Part shown: piece by piece, positions 49,747 to 62,789 of the stretch | How the letters are laid out: each line of letters opens with the position of its first letter | Numbering within the stretch: position 1 is the first letter of the stretch | NCBI GenBank assembly: GCA_964106645.2 | Contig: OZ067038.1 | From: Podarcis pityusensis | Taxonomy: Eukaryota | Direction: 5' to 3' (one strand) | Length of the DNA: 64,000 nucleotides | The notes under the pieces: generated by a model | What the model saw: only the letters and a program-made list of their open reading frames with translations | Databases searched by the model: none | What the model was told of the DNA's origin: nothing | Position numbers and translations under genes: made by a program

Positions 49747-51097
49747 TACTAAGAAATGCAAACTGACAAAAAGTTCCTCACCCTGGTGTAAACAATATAG
49801 TACTGAGGTGAGTGAATCATTGGTATAGCTCAGTGTGAGGCAGCTTTTTGCCTTCCTTGATTTTAATCATTTTTGCCTGAAATTTTTTACCGAGTTTCCT
49901 CTCCTCACTAGCATTTGAACCCTAGATATTTGCGCCATTTTGTACCTGCCTGGGAAGCTGGGGAAACCTACCTTTTGTCCTTGCATTGTGCCATCTTTTC
50001 TAGGGTTGTGCTGGTACAGCCGCTGGAGCGCCCCACCTTAAGGATTTACTTACTTGCAATTAACAGTGCCACAAAGCACACCATCTTCTTTTATACCTTT
50101 GCAATTATAAGCATGGCTTACAATTAGTCTTCCGCACATCAGGATGCATTCGCAGGGCGAATTAATGTGGATTAGTTAACCCTCTCATGTATTTACGTCC
50201 GCCTTTTGTTCGCGCAGCCAGGTTGGCTAACATGTGGCAAAGGGGTGCTCTGTCTTCTCGAATTTGGCCTAAATCCAAGCAATATGCGCACACAAGCCAA
50301 AGCTTCGTTTCATGTTGGTCCCACAGCTGGTTTTGCTGCCAAAGAGGCGTTCGGGAATTGAGCAGCAGTTTGTTTCAGCGGTGGGGACTGCTGTGTCACC
50401 ATCAACAAAGAAAGCTTCAGCTGCATTGTGCTCTTGTGATTCATGCATATATCACCACACTGCTTTTTGCTCTTTTATTTTAATGGTATGATGAGCTTTT
50501 CCACCTACGGATACCAAATTTCTATCAAGGAACCTGGATTCAAAGTATGAAATGAAGCCGTTCCATCTTCTACTAGAGAATTAAAAAAATTTTCAAATGT
50601 GACTAAGTAAGTTTCTCCCATCCTAATTTGTCTTCTCGTTCATTTGTCCACTTTTAAAAAAATCATCGGATTTGGTCCAGTGAGTCTGAACCCTGGTTTC
50701 TGACAGGTTGGCTCGGAAATAAGCTGAGTGGCTTCCGAAATAAGAATAAGAGAGTAGTGCTTGGCTCAAAGCCAAATCTATTCCCCCAGCTTGAGCCCTG
50801 AAACACTCCATGGATCCCTCACTTTCTTCCTTTCATCTGGTTCCAGCTATGATGATGGGTTGCAAGGAGGTGGCCATCCTCCCTCCTCCAAGCTGGAAAT
50901 CTCTGATTAAGTAAGATGAGGGGGCGATTATGGGCTGTAATAGCTGAGCTGCCAGAAATATATGGAGTGTTCACCTCTTTCTTCCATACAGATTTCTTAC
51001 ACGTGGAAACACAGGTGCATTAATTAAAACAAAAAGAACCAGCTCCTGTAATCCTACCAGAATTCATTGTCTGGATGTTTATTAGCGATGCACCTAA

Positions 51098-51183
51098 GGC
51101 TGCAGTCCTAACCCCACTTGCCATGGAGTAAGCCCCACTGAATTCAACAGGACATACTTGTGAGTAGACACGGTTCAGATTGT
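51098..51183. repeat. Short (about 85 bp) palindromic interspersed repeat; relatives at about 27645-27750, 27755-27840, 28370-28470, 34450-34530, 38450-38520 and 60533-61010
   Basis: Shared core gagtaagccccactgaa...ggacttac with inverted flanks. Confidence 0.6.
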
Positions 51184-51342
51184 ATTATATGTGCTCCTTC
51201 CGGTGAGAACCTCTGAGGGTGGAGGGAAGGACGCAAACTGAAAACTACCATGAACAACACATGCTCCCATTCTGAAATTAGTTCTGGAAAATTTCCTAGT
51301 TAAACTGGGAGGTAGGCAGAGCAGAAGGGAGAGAAGGGTATA

Positions 51343-51791
51343 CAGGCAGACCTTGGAGATATTGTGGGTTCGGTTCCAGACCACCACAATAAAACAAAAA
51401 TTGCAATAAAGCGAATCACACATCGTTGTTGTTTCCCAGTGCATATAAAAGTTATGTGTACACTGCACTGTAGTCCATGGTTTCCATCCCTAGCTAGCAG
51501 GACCAGTGGTCAGGGATGATGGGAATTGTAGCCCCAAAACAGCTGGAGACCCCAGTTTGGGAAACCCTGCATCAATTAAGCCAGGTCCCCCTGCCTGCAG
51601 GGGCAGGAGAGGAAAACCCCAGCTCCAGCCCTAGCCAGCTGCTCTCCCATGGCCAGAAGAGGGGTGTCACTTGCGGGGGGCTTCCTTCCCTTGGAAGTGG
51701 CTGGCCTGTCTGCAGTTGCACCCACATCCTTGTAAGGAGCAATACCTGTGAAGTGCAATAATGCCAAGCATAATAAAACAAGGTCTGCCTG
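51343..51791 (-). mobile_element. Tigger1-like internally deleted transposon with a nested hAT-MITE fragment
   Basis: TIR CAGGCAGACCTTG at both ends, TA TSD; subterminal sequences resemble the recalled mammalian Tigger1 ends. Confidence 0.7.
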
Positions 51792-53627
51792 TATACAACT
51801 GCTCAGCTCTATCAACGACGACAATTCTGAACACTGCAAGTGTCCGACTTTCTGATATCTGCCTGACAACCACTGAAGCAGAACCAAGAACAGTGGTCTT
51901 TTTGTGTTTGCTAACAATAAACGTTTGCATTCTTCAGGATATTGCTTGCTGCATAATCAGGGATTTGCTTTGTAAACCGGGGTGGTGGTAGCAGAATTAA
52001 CGTAGCGGGACAGTGGGGAATTTGCAAACGCTTCTGTCACCGGTGCAGCGGGCATTATTCTTAGTAAGGAGGCATTTTAAATAATGAACTAAACTTCAGT
52101 CAGGTTTTTTTAAAAAACACTGCACAAAACCCCTGTACGACATATTTCCTTTTCATTTGGGTATACAGGCAGTGACTATTTTAGGCCCAATGTGACCCCT
52201 AAAACACGGGTCGTTTATTCCTGTGTTCTCCTGGCGTTCCATCTCTCTTGCACACAAAACTGGTGTGAGCCTTGAACAAACGGTAAGGGCTCCTAATGGC
52301 CTGAATTTTACTTCTGCCCCAGACCCATTCCTAGTGTCTCTTGTTCCTTCGTATGCTATTTTCAAACACAGAAGAATGGCCATTGTTTTCTTAGCCTCGA
52401 CACAATTAGCACCAAACAAACAGTGCATCAATGAACAGAAGCATAAATCAGCAGCTTAATAAGCAAAGGCCCTTTTTTTTTTTCAGACGAGGGGATGGTG
52501 CCAATTTGACACTCATCCCAGCTCACCAACCACTGGGTATCAAAGAGGTCACCCATCAGAAGACTCCAGTGAATGGCATGTTTCACAGTTCTGCTGCTTT
52601 ACATTTCCCTTGGCTGCCATCCAAGACTGAGGAATAAAGTAAAGTCTTATGATTACAAAGGGCCAATGTGAGTTGCAATTTGCAATTGTCACAGTGTGTG
52701 ACGTTGTAGGGAAAAGATACAAGTAGGTGGAGTTGGGCGGCAGAACAAGCTCATCTACTTTTCGCTTGTCTCTTTGGCTGCAACCAAATTAGGAAGTTTA
52801 CCGAAAATATCCTGCTCATCTATGTTTCACAAGTGCGGATAATCATCTGCAAACAGGTGTCGGGAAGAACCGCTGTGATCCTCTGGAATTGATTCCAGAG
52901 AAGTATGAATGCAAGCATTATAAATACAAATCGGCAAGCAAACCAGCTCAGTGTAAGGAGGGAGGGAAGGAGACAGAGAGTAAGAGAGCAGAGACTATGC
53001 ATTAAATTCCTAGACGGCAGTGGCAGAAATGCCAAGAACCCAGGTTGAGGAGGCGGGAGGGCACGTAAAACAAGCAGCCGCTGAAGCAAAAAAAAAAAAA
53101 GCCTGAAGAGAATTGAAGCTGAATATGAAGCCGTAAGGCATGAAAATGATTATCGCTTCAAAGGAAGCCTTGGAACAGGTAAAGTCAAAGATGAGGATAC
53201 AAGCAGCTATTTCCGAGCAATTATTTATAATGACATCATTGCAAGCATTCAAAGAGGGACGTTGGCAGGTAGGAGCACGCCTGCCCGAATACTTGCGAGC
53301 AGGATCAAGGTAGACTGCTGGCAACGTTGTGCTTGTCTCGATTGTGTAGGGTTCTGGCTCCATCTGTACTTTCCTCTGCCCCAGGACACTTTCCCCTCTG
53401 TGGAAATGATGTGCATTACATCAGTTTCCTGCCAGGGATTCTTGGGCTTGATTCTGGGATCACCCACTGTTGCCATCTTGACTTGTTTGGGGCCTTGGGG
53501 GAGGGGGTGGTGAATACTTGGAACACTTGCAAAAACTGAACCCCTTTGGGAAACATTTCAGATTTCATCCAGTCTTTCCTCCCTACCTTTTCCTATATCA
53601 CCCTTAAGGCAGTTGTATAGAAAGTTA

Positions 53628-53987
53628 AAGGTAAAGGGGTAAAGGGACCCCTGACCATTAGGTCCAGTCGTGGCCGACTCTGGGGTTGTGGCGCTCATCT
53701 CGCTTTATTGGCCGAGGGAGCCAGTGTACAGTTTCCGGGTCATTTGGCCAGCATGACTAAGCCGCTTCTGCCGAACCAGAGCAGCGCATGGAAACACTGT
53801 TTACCTTCCTGCCCAAGCGGTACCTATTTATCTACTTGCACTCTGACGTGCTTTCGAACTGCTAGGTTGGCAGCAGCAGGGACTGAGCAACGGGAGCTCA
53901 CCCCGTTGCGGGGATTCGAACCGCCAACCTTCTGATCGGCAAGTCCTGGGCTCTGTGATTTAACCCACAGCGCCACCCACGTCCCTC
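53628..53987 (-). mobile_element. Sauria SINE
   Basis: Reverse-complement copy; 15-bp TSD TTGTATAGAAAGTTA (53613-53627 and 53988-54002). Confidence 0.9.
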
Positions 53988-54029
53988 TTGTATAGAAAGT
54001 TACTACTAAATAAATGATGACGACAATGA

Positions 54030-54062
<33 letters not shown>

Positions 54063-54100
54063 TAATTAAGTGTTATGTGTAATAATAATAATAATAATAA

Positions 54101-54670
54101 TAGTTTCTTTAGGATGAAAACACTGGAGACTTTGCTTTAAAGCATTTGCTAGGTTTACCAGTATAAACGAGCAGAGCCTATTGGAATAAACCAGTTTCCT
54201 TTCAAAAAAGGAAAGCAGACAAAACCCCCAGAAATCTGCACCTTCAGTTTCCACTAAATCTAGATGCAAGTTCAGTTCTGTTCTATCTTTCTCTGTCCAT
54301 TCAAAGCCCAAACTGCTGTTTTTCATGTGCTCCCCTAAGATGATTAATGACTCAATGATGATGATAATAATAATAATTATAATATAATATATTAATTAAT
54401 TGTTCTTTAGTTTCTTCAGGATGAAAACACTGGGGACTTACGGTCCCTTTGAAGTATTTGCTAGATTTGCAAATATAAACGAGGACAGCCTATTGGAATA
54501 AACCAGTTTTCTTTTTAAAAAGAAAGAAAAAAGGCAGCAGATAGATTTCCAGAGACCTATGCAAGTCTGCACCTTCAGTTTCTGCTAAGTCCAGCTATAA
54601 CTCTCAGTTCTCCTGTTCTATTTTTCTCTGTCCATTCAAACCCCAAACTACTGTGTTTCACATGCCCCCT
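54101..54670 (+). repeat. Diverged local tandem duplication (54101-54336 vs 54408-54670)
   Basis: Collinear blocks: aggatgaaaacactgg, gcctattggaataaaccagttt, tctgcaccttcagtttc, tctctgtccattcaaa. Confidence 0.85.
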
Positions 54671-55646
54671 CCCTTGCAGATAATTTGTTTCAGATCCTAC
54701 CCCCTGCAGGTGAAAATTAACATTTTAGTTTTGTCCCTGACCACACATTCACAGTGATCAAGCCAGCCAAAACTCATAAATACAAGAAAAACAGTGTGAT
54801 TGTGCAGCATCATATTGCTTCATGTCATTCCTGCTATCTGTTAATGTTGTTTTCTCATTTCTGTATATTTAGCTGCATATGTCACCTTCATTATTTGTCT
54901 GTGGAGTTGTTGTTTTTAAGAAAAAGACAAGGGAGAAGAGGGAAAACCATAACCGCAAAAAAAAAATATTATTAAATGCAGTGTATTGAAGCAAGGTTAT
55001 TTCCTCGGGTGACAAAATTTTCTTTGGCTAGTTTTGTTCCAGCAACTAAGAGAAATCCCCCCCTCCCCCAAAGAAACAGATGCTTCTGTAATTTGCTGAG
55101 GCTACTCCAATAAAGAACATCATCTTAACTAAATGATCTCACTGAGGAAGGTGATGGGAGCAATAAATAGCTTGATGATGTAAACAAATAATGCGAGCCA
55201 AGCTTCAGCCTTTGGGAGGGGGGTGGTCTTGGGTGCGCTGAAACCCTGCCACAACTCAAAGTTTTTTGCCTTTCTACCAAGCAGTCACTATGGCAATGGG
55301 GAAATATTGTGATGTATAGGAATTATGAGGCTATGATTCAGAAAGAACAGAAAGAGCATTCAAAGTCTCATTGGGCAAATTGTACACCAGCATGTTTCAA
55401 CAGCAATGCACAAATTCAGAGACGGCCGATATCCTAGTCCAGCTGCCATTTATTTCATTTATTTATTCTATTCCATTTTTATACCACCTTTCCTTTAAGG
55501 AGTTCAAGGTGGCATGCATAGTCTCCTCCTCCCAACGACAACAACCCTGTAAAGTAGATTAAGCTGAGACTGAGTGTCTGGCCCAAGGTCACCCACTGAG
55601 TTTAATGGCTGAACAGGGATTTGAATCCTGATCTCCCTGGTCCTAG

Positions 55647-56400
55647 ATGACAAAACTTTGATGGCAGAAAGTGAGAAGGAATTAAAGAACCTCTTAATGA
55701 GAGTGAAAGAGGAGAGTGCAAAATATGGTCTAAAGCCCAACATAAAAAAACCTAAGATCATGGCCACTGGCCCCATCACATCCTGGCAAATAGAAGATGA
55801 AGAAATGGAGGCAGTGACAGATTTTACCTTCTTGGGCTCCATGACCACTGCAGTCACGAAATTAAAAGACACCTACTTCTTGGGAGAAAAGCGATGACAA
55901 ACCTAGACAGCATCTTAAAAAGCAGAGACATCACCTTGCTGACAAAAATCCATATAGTTAAAGCTATGGTTTTCTTAGTGATGTATGGAAGTGAGAGCTG
56001 GACCATAAAGAAGGCTGATCGCCAAGAATGGATGCTTTTGAATTATGGTGCTGGAGGAGACTCTTGAGAGTCCCAATGACTGCAAGAAGATCAAACCTAT
56101 CCATTCTGAAGGAGATCAGCCCTGAGTGCTCACTGGAAGGACAGATCCTGAAGCTGAGACTCCAATTCTTTGGCCACCCCATGAGAAGACTCCCTGGAAA
56201 GTACCCTGATGTTGGGAAAGATGGAGGGCACAAGGAGAAGGAGACGACAGAGGACAAGATGGTTAGACAGTGTTCTCAAAACTATCGACGTGAATTTGAC
56301 GAAACTGCGGGAGGCAGTGGAAGACAGGAGTGCCTGGCGTGCTCTGGTCCATGGGTCATGAAGAGTCGGACACGACTAAGCTACTAAACAACAACAACAA
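55647..56400 (+). mobile_element. BovB/RTE LINE 3' fragment inserted into a MIR/CORE-like SINE (about 55520-56440)
   Basis: Frameshifted RTE ORF pieces; (CAA)n tail; 14-bp TSD CTCCCTGGTCCTAG (55633-55646 and 56401-56414). Confidence 0.92.
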
Positions 56401-59113
56401 CTCCCTGGTCCTAGTCCAACACTCTTGCCACTCTTACCACACTGTCTTATATTTAATCAGGCCAATAGCTGTTCTGGCTTAGGACTGTCTCCTCTCTGAC
56501 TGACAGTGATTCTGCAAGGTCTCAGGAAGAGGTGTTTCCCAGCCCTGAGACCCCACTGAGATCCTTTTAACTGGGGGTGCTGGAAGTTAAACTCGGGGAG
56601 ACCCAATATTAGAAAGTGATCTCTTAGAAAATAACAGTCACCTAGTCCCAAGGCACTCAAGGCAACTTAGGAAGCAAGGGGGGGGGGAGGAACCCCACAT
56701 CCAAACAGCTAAAACCAACAATTAGAACATACACAAATATAACAAGAGCAGGAAAAGCAGGCATATAACCCAGCCAAAAACTATCAGGAGGGCTAAAAGA
56801 ATCTCATCACTGCTAACGGCAGGTATAGCCACACACTCACTGCTTATAAGACAGAAGGCAGGCAGGTGGGGAATAGCAGAATGCTGAACAAGCATTTTGA
56901 CATCCTGCAATGCCCTTATGGCTCTTAACCTTTCCCCAGGTCACTGAGAGACTTCTTTTCAGGAAATGGCTAATAAGCTAAATAACCCTTTATTCTTTCT
57001 GTGGTGTCATGCGTGTGCTACAAAGGGCACAGACAGAAGGAAGGTAGAGAGATTTGAGCGCAGGCCCGTTCTTCTCATCCTCTAGCGACTTCAGTTGAAC
57101 CCTGAACACGTGCTTCCCAGTTCTGTGCACCTATAATCAAAAGTGTACAAAAGTGTATAACTCCCCTAATATATTGCCCACTACTCCATTCGTTCCACAC
57201 CCATGCTCCCCAAGCAACAGTTTTGGTCACCTGTTTTCTCCCCAAACGTGTTTTTCTGGAGCCAGCCCTATGGATCTTACACCCAAATCTGTGTACTGTA
57301 GGTCTGGCACTTTAGATAAAGGGGCATGTCAGAAGTGGGGAACCTCCAGATGTTGCTGGTCTCCAATGCAACTAGAATGGCCAATGGCCAGGAATGATGG
57401 GAACGACATCGAGAAGGCTTCTCAACTTTGGTGTATCCATTTAATTAAGTACCACTTTCTGGTTTCCATGACAGAGGATATGTAAACTGCAATGAAAAGG
57501 ATGCTCAGATGAGCACTGTCTAGGTTCACCTTTAATCGATCTCCTCTGCCTCCTTTTTGTACTTCTTTAAGTACAATCTCCTACAATCAAAACCGTGCTT
57601 TATCTTTGTGTTTGGCCTCCTTTCTCACCCAAAAAACACTTCTTGTGCTGGAATGGTGCAACTGTCTCTTCTCTTTTTTTGGTTCATATTCCATGGGTGA
57701 GGCTGAGTCGTACTCCCCCCCCCCCCGCTTTTCCAGCTTAAGTTCCGCACTCCCTGGTGTGGCCTTTTCATGAGCCTGTCGCCAAGGGAAGCTGTCTGAT
57801 CCCACCTCCCATGGGGTTTGGTGGCAGAAGGTACAACGGAGCCCCTTTGGCATCAATATGATTATACAAGTATTCCTCCAACTCAAAATGACCAGCCGTC
57901 AGGACTGTTGCCCGGCAACACGAAACTCTAGTGCAAACTGGGAGCTTCATTAATCTTTTAAAATACTGTATTTTGCCTTGCCGACTCATAAATAATGGAT
58001 GCCGATTTGGGGGCATCCTTGCAATGCGCCCATTGGCATCTCAACAGGAAGCAAGTCAATTATAGCCCCCCAAAAACCAAAAACCAACCCTGATTTTTAC
58101 TTGATCGAACTGTTTCGCTTTGAACCGCATTCTGTTCAATACATGGATTGTGGTTGCGTGTTCAAACCACAGAGGGGGTGTTTTGAGGTTACAAGGAAGA
58201 TAACAGCTCTTCCTTGACTAAATCATGCAGTCAAGTCACCTATTGTGGGGGGGGGGGCGATTTTAAACTTATATTGCACCACCCATCACAAAATAAACAG
58301 TGAATTTCCGTGTGCTGCGCTGCTTGCTGCACAGGTTACAAACACTTACAATTTCTCTCCAGATAAGAATGTAACCAGTGCTTCTACTTTCATTCTGAAA
58401 CAGAAATAGCTACCATGTTCTCAGCTGTGCAGGGGCGGAGGGTTAGAATAGTTTCAAGTTTACAATGAAGATTTATTTGATTTCTTACAATAATTTACAT
58501 TCACGGCAATAGGGTGATAGGAAAAGGGGAAAGGGATAGAGACACACTCTCATATTGTCCTGTAACCACAGTTTCCCAGGGTCTACCCTGGAGGCTATTT
58601 AGCTAATGGTTCATTAGGCTCATGTTTACAGCACTGTTTCTATTGAACCTTAGGGTTCTATGAGAACAGTACTTGAGAGTCCCACTTAAAATTAAAATAA
58701 TTAATTTCGATGTAGCAGTGTCTATAAGAATACATCCCCACCAATAACAATATTTAATTGAACGCAACACCCACTGTTGGACATAACCATCCTGGCTTGC
58801 TAAACAATGGTTTAGGAAGATGTGGATGAGCTTTGGGTCCACATGCTCCCGTTGTTGTTGTTTGTTGAATATATACGGTATATCACCCTATACCTGGAGG
58901 TTTCAGGGCACTTCACTTCAGTGCAGCAATTTCCGTTATAATAAGCCATGGCTCCTTTTTATATCCAAAATGGAAAAGTGTGATTTAATTGTGGTTTACT
59001 AAGTAAGATCTCAAACCAGGATCAATCCTTTCCTAGTTTAAGATCCTAGCTGAAGAATTTCTTCCCAAGGAGAAACATTCAGTTCAACATTCCATGCTAT
59101 TTTTGCACATGCC

Positions 59114-59120
59114 ATCTATC

Positions 59121-59162
<42 letters not shown>

Positions 59163-59183
59163 ATCTATCTATCTATCTATCTA
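59114..59183. repeat. (ATCT)n microsatellite
   Basis: Direct reading. Confidence 0.95.
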
Positions 59184-60550
59184 GTATACAACTCAGTTGC
59201 CAAAGTGGATTCTAAGCAGTTTACAAGTGTAAAATCCAATGACAAAAATACATACAAACACCCATGATTCAAGCAGACAATGAAACCGCTCCTTCAAATG
59301 TTATAAAAATAAACATGCGCAATGAAAAATGTGTGATAAAGTAAGCCCATTAAAAAAAACAGCATGACAATTTTAGATGGAATTTAGGAGAGAGCACAGA
59401 GAGTTAGCATCCTGTATGGGTAACAGCTGCTAGGATAATATATGCAAAAAAGAAAAAAGTGGAGGCAAGCGGGTATTTGCCTCCTATCAGAGAATGGTAG
59501 GAGAAGGTCTGGGAATTTGCTACAATGGCAAAAACAGCTTATTATATGAGAAGTAGACAAGGAGAGAGAGAGAGAGAACATATTTGTGAGGAAATGGATA
59601 AAACTTTGTTCAGCGTAACAGGATCAGGAAATAAGTCCCAAATATAGATTATGGATTTACAGTATTCTGAATATAAAAAACCATCAGTGGCTTTGTTGTT
59701 GTTTTCGCCTATAATTCTGTCCTTTTTTTTTAGGGGGGTTAGACATCTCTCTTTATGTTCATACAATTAATTATAAGTAAATAAAATAATAGATGGAATT
59801 TTAGTGGGAACAGCTTCCACTCTTCCTCAATTTTATGTTTTTGGCTTGCCTTTTCTTTTGTTCTTAAGGGTGGTATTTGTTTGAGGGAGAATATTAAACA
59901 TGTATTTATAGCATGTGTGAACTGTTTTCAGTCCTATGAAGGGCAGTTTTGCTTTATTTTTGTTTCAAACATTTCATAATAAATTGGTAGGAGTTCTCCT
60001 GTTTTTTTGAGCTGGGATATGTTGGGAATGGGTCAAATATAACCAAACTCCACTCCCTGCCTAAGGCCAGGTTCTCCTCCTGCCAGTCTCTGTGGATTAA
60101 CCCAAAGAATCCATGCCACAGTATAAATCATTCAGAGAACTAAGTATACCACAGAAAAAGTGTCCAGGTCAACAGGATTATCTCCCTATTCTTTCTCTCA
60201 AATTAATGCTGATATTTACGAGAAGTTTAATTTTCAAAGACAGCATTCTTTCATTTAAACTGAGATGCCTCAGTTGGATCACTGCATCCTGCGAATCAAA
60301 TTTCCACAAATGCCCCCGAAGTATTTTAGGATCCAGATAATCTCACAATGCAGAATGCAAAATAGCCAGTCATCTCCCTACCCCCCCCCCCATATATTCC
60401 AAGGCAATCTCTTGGAGTCAATTAGCTGGAGAATGTAATTGTCACAAGAAAGCTCATTTTCATTCATCGGAATTACCATATTCACGGTAAATAAAGTTCT
60501 GGTGGAATCCAGGGCTGTCCCATTGTTTTTAAAGCTGCAAACCTAACCCC

Positions 60551-60933
60551 AGAAGGCTGATCACAGAAGAACTGATGATTTTAAATTATGGTGTTGGAGG
60601 AGACTCTTAAGAGTCCCATGGACTGCAAGAAGATCAAACCTATCCATTCTGAAGGAAATCAGTCCTGGGTGCCCACTGGAAGGACAGATCCTGAAGCTGA
60701 GGCTCCAATACTTTGGCCACCTCATGAGAAGAGAAGACTCCCTGGAAAAGACCCTGATGTTGGGAAAGATGGAGGGCACAAGGAGAAGGGGATGACAGAG
60801 GACGAGATGGTTGGATAGTGTTCTCGAAGCTACCAGCATGAGTTTGACCAAACTGCGGGAGGCAGTGGAAGACAGGAGTGCCTGGTCCATGGGGTCACGA
60901 AGAGTCGGACACGACTAAACGACTAAACAACAA
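60551..60933 (+). mobile_element. BovB/RTE LINE 3' fragment inserted in a short palindromic repeat
   Basis: Highly similar to the other two RTE copies; ends gactaaacgactaaacaacaa. Confidence 0.9.
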
Positions 60934-62246
60934 TCCCACTTACCTCGGAGTAAGCCCCACTGATTTAATTAGGACTTACTTCTGAGTAGGCATGGTTAGA
61001 ACTGTGCTGTGTTGTCGCTGAACTTTCCCCAGGCAAACGAAAATGGCTCTGCTTTATTATTTGTGTTGAATTGGGAAATTAGGTAGCTACCGGCAGCCAT
61101 GTACATGTATACCCTTTCTAGCGTTGGTAGAATGCCTGGAGCATAATACTCTAGGCACAAAGGTGCCAATTAATGGAAGACAATTCAAGCTCACATCTCT
61201 GTTATAACCAAGGGCAGCGGTTGTACTCAGGTAGCTTATCTGACCCTTTGCAATTACTGCTTGTTGTAGAAACAACATAGCAACTGATATTCAAAGAGCC
61301 AAAGCACCGTGTGTGAAAAATTAGTCCTGTACTGGGAAGATCTGCATCCTAGGGATCAGAGAAGTCCATTTGGAGAAGAAGAGGAGGAAGAAATAGGCAA
61401 TGCTTTTCATGTGAGCAATTATTGCACTGAAGAGAGGGAGTGCAGATTTAGATAAACTCCCCTCTGAAAAGCTGGTTTTCCACACTTGCCACCCTCCCTC
61501 TGTATTTCGCATTCACAGTGGGTTGGCCTACTTCTTAAAATATTTGAATGCCTTGTGAATAATGCATGAGGAAAGAGATTTATGCATATTCATAATAATC
61601 ACTGCTTGGCAAGGATGTCGAGAGATAGCACTGTTGAGGGCTAATGTTTAGAAGTATGGGTGGTGAAAATATTGATGTGCTAGATGATGATAGCATTGAG
61701 AGGAATTTGATAGCATTCAATATACACATGCGCACACAGTAATATCCAACCCGCTGCCTGCTAAGGATCTGCTTACAGCTGTGACTGTTATTAAAAATTA
61801 GCCCTGGCCATATGTTGAAAAACAGAACAAACGAAAACCTTCTGGGAATCGTGATTTTCTGGAAAATCCCATTACAGCCCAGACCTGGACACATTGTTCT
61901 TCGATCATTTCAGTTTTTCTCCTTATATTTAACAAATGCAGAATAAATACAAAGTGGAAATCAGTGACTATGTTTATTTTCATGTGGATCTCAGAGTTCA
62001 AGCACTAATTTCAGGCTGGTGTAAAGGCCCAGCCGAACAGCTACTGCCAACCAACATGTCCCCTTCGCACCTCCCTGGTAATATCTCATAAAAGAAACAT
62101 GCCCTGTGAAATCATTCTGCTCAGCTTTTCCACCATTCTCACTCCAGGTCGTTGGCCATCACTTGCAAGGTTTGGAGAATTGTTGGGTATAACATGCCAT
62201 GCATTTCTTTTACCAGGCAGTATTGGGGACACGTAGGGGAGATGTA

Positions 62247-62505
62247 CCATATTTTTTGCTCTATAAGATGCACCAGACCACAAGACACACCTAGTTTTTG
62301 GAGGAGGAAAACAAGAAAAAAAATATTCTGAATCTCAGAAGCCAGAACAGCAAGAGGGATGGCTGTGCAGTGAAAGCAGCAATCCCTCTTGCTGTTCTGG
62401 CTTCTGGGATAGCTGCGCAGGCTGCATTTGCTCCATAAGATGCACACACATTTCCCCTTACTTTTTAGGAGGGAAAAAGTGAGTCTTACAGAGCAAAAAA
62501 TACGG
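62247..62505. mobile_element. Tc1/mariner-pogo type MITE
   Basis: CC(A/G)TATTTTTTGCTCT(A/G)TAAGA TIRs, TA TSD, internal palindrome. Confidence 0.82.
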
Positions 62506-62704
62506 TAATTCCACAGCAGCAAAATACATCATGACCTTGAGACACACAACATACACACACAAATTGTGTGTATTATTTTATTGTTGTTAGCCACCCTGAG
62601 CCTGGCTTCGGCTGGGGAGAGCGGGATATAAATAAAATTTATTATTATTATTATTACAAAAAGCATCCGTGCAATTTTCAGGAGTTGGTGCAGAATCCCC
62701 TGAA

Positions 62705-62789
62705 GGGTCATAGGTCAGTGGTAGAACATCTGCTTGGCATGCAGAAGGTCCCAAATTCAATCCCCGGCATCTCCAGGTAGGGCTGGGAT
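62705..62789 (+). mobile_element. tRNA-derived SINE head (Squam3-like); an inverted relative lies at about 10085-10263
   Basis: Degenerate A and B boxes, tRNA-Ala-like body, followed by ggtagggctggga. Confidence 0.6.

Noticed and set aside
49972-50220. Alternative upstream first exon of EML1 (minus-strand donor AAAAG/gtaggt at 49972, YY1-like CGCCATTTT nearby)
   Set aside because: ATGs are out of phase with exon 2 and there is no independent support; needs transcript data.
62705-62776. tRNA-Ala gene
   Set aside because: Degenerate stems and B box, continues into a SINE body and has no terminator.
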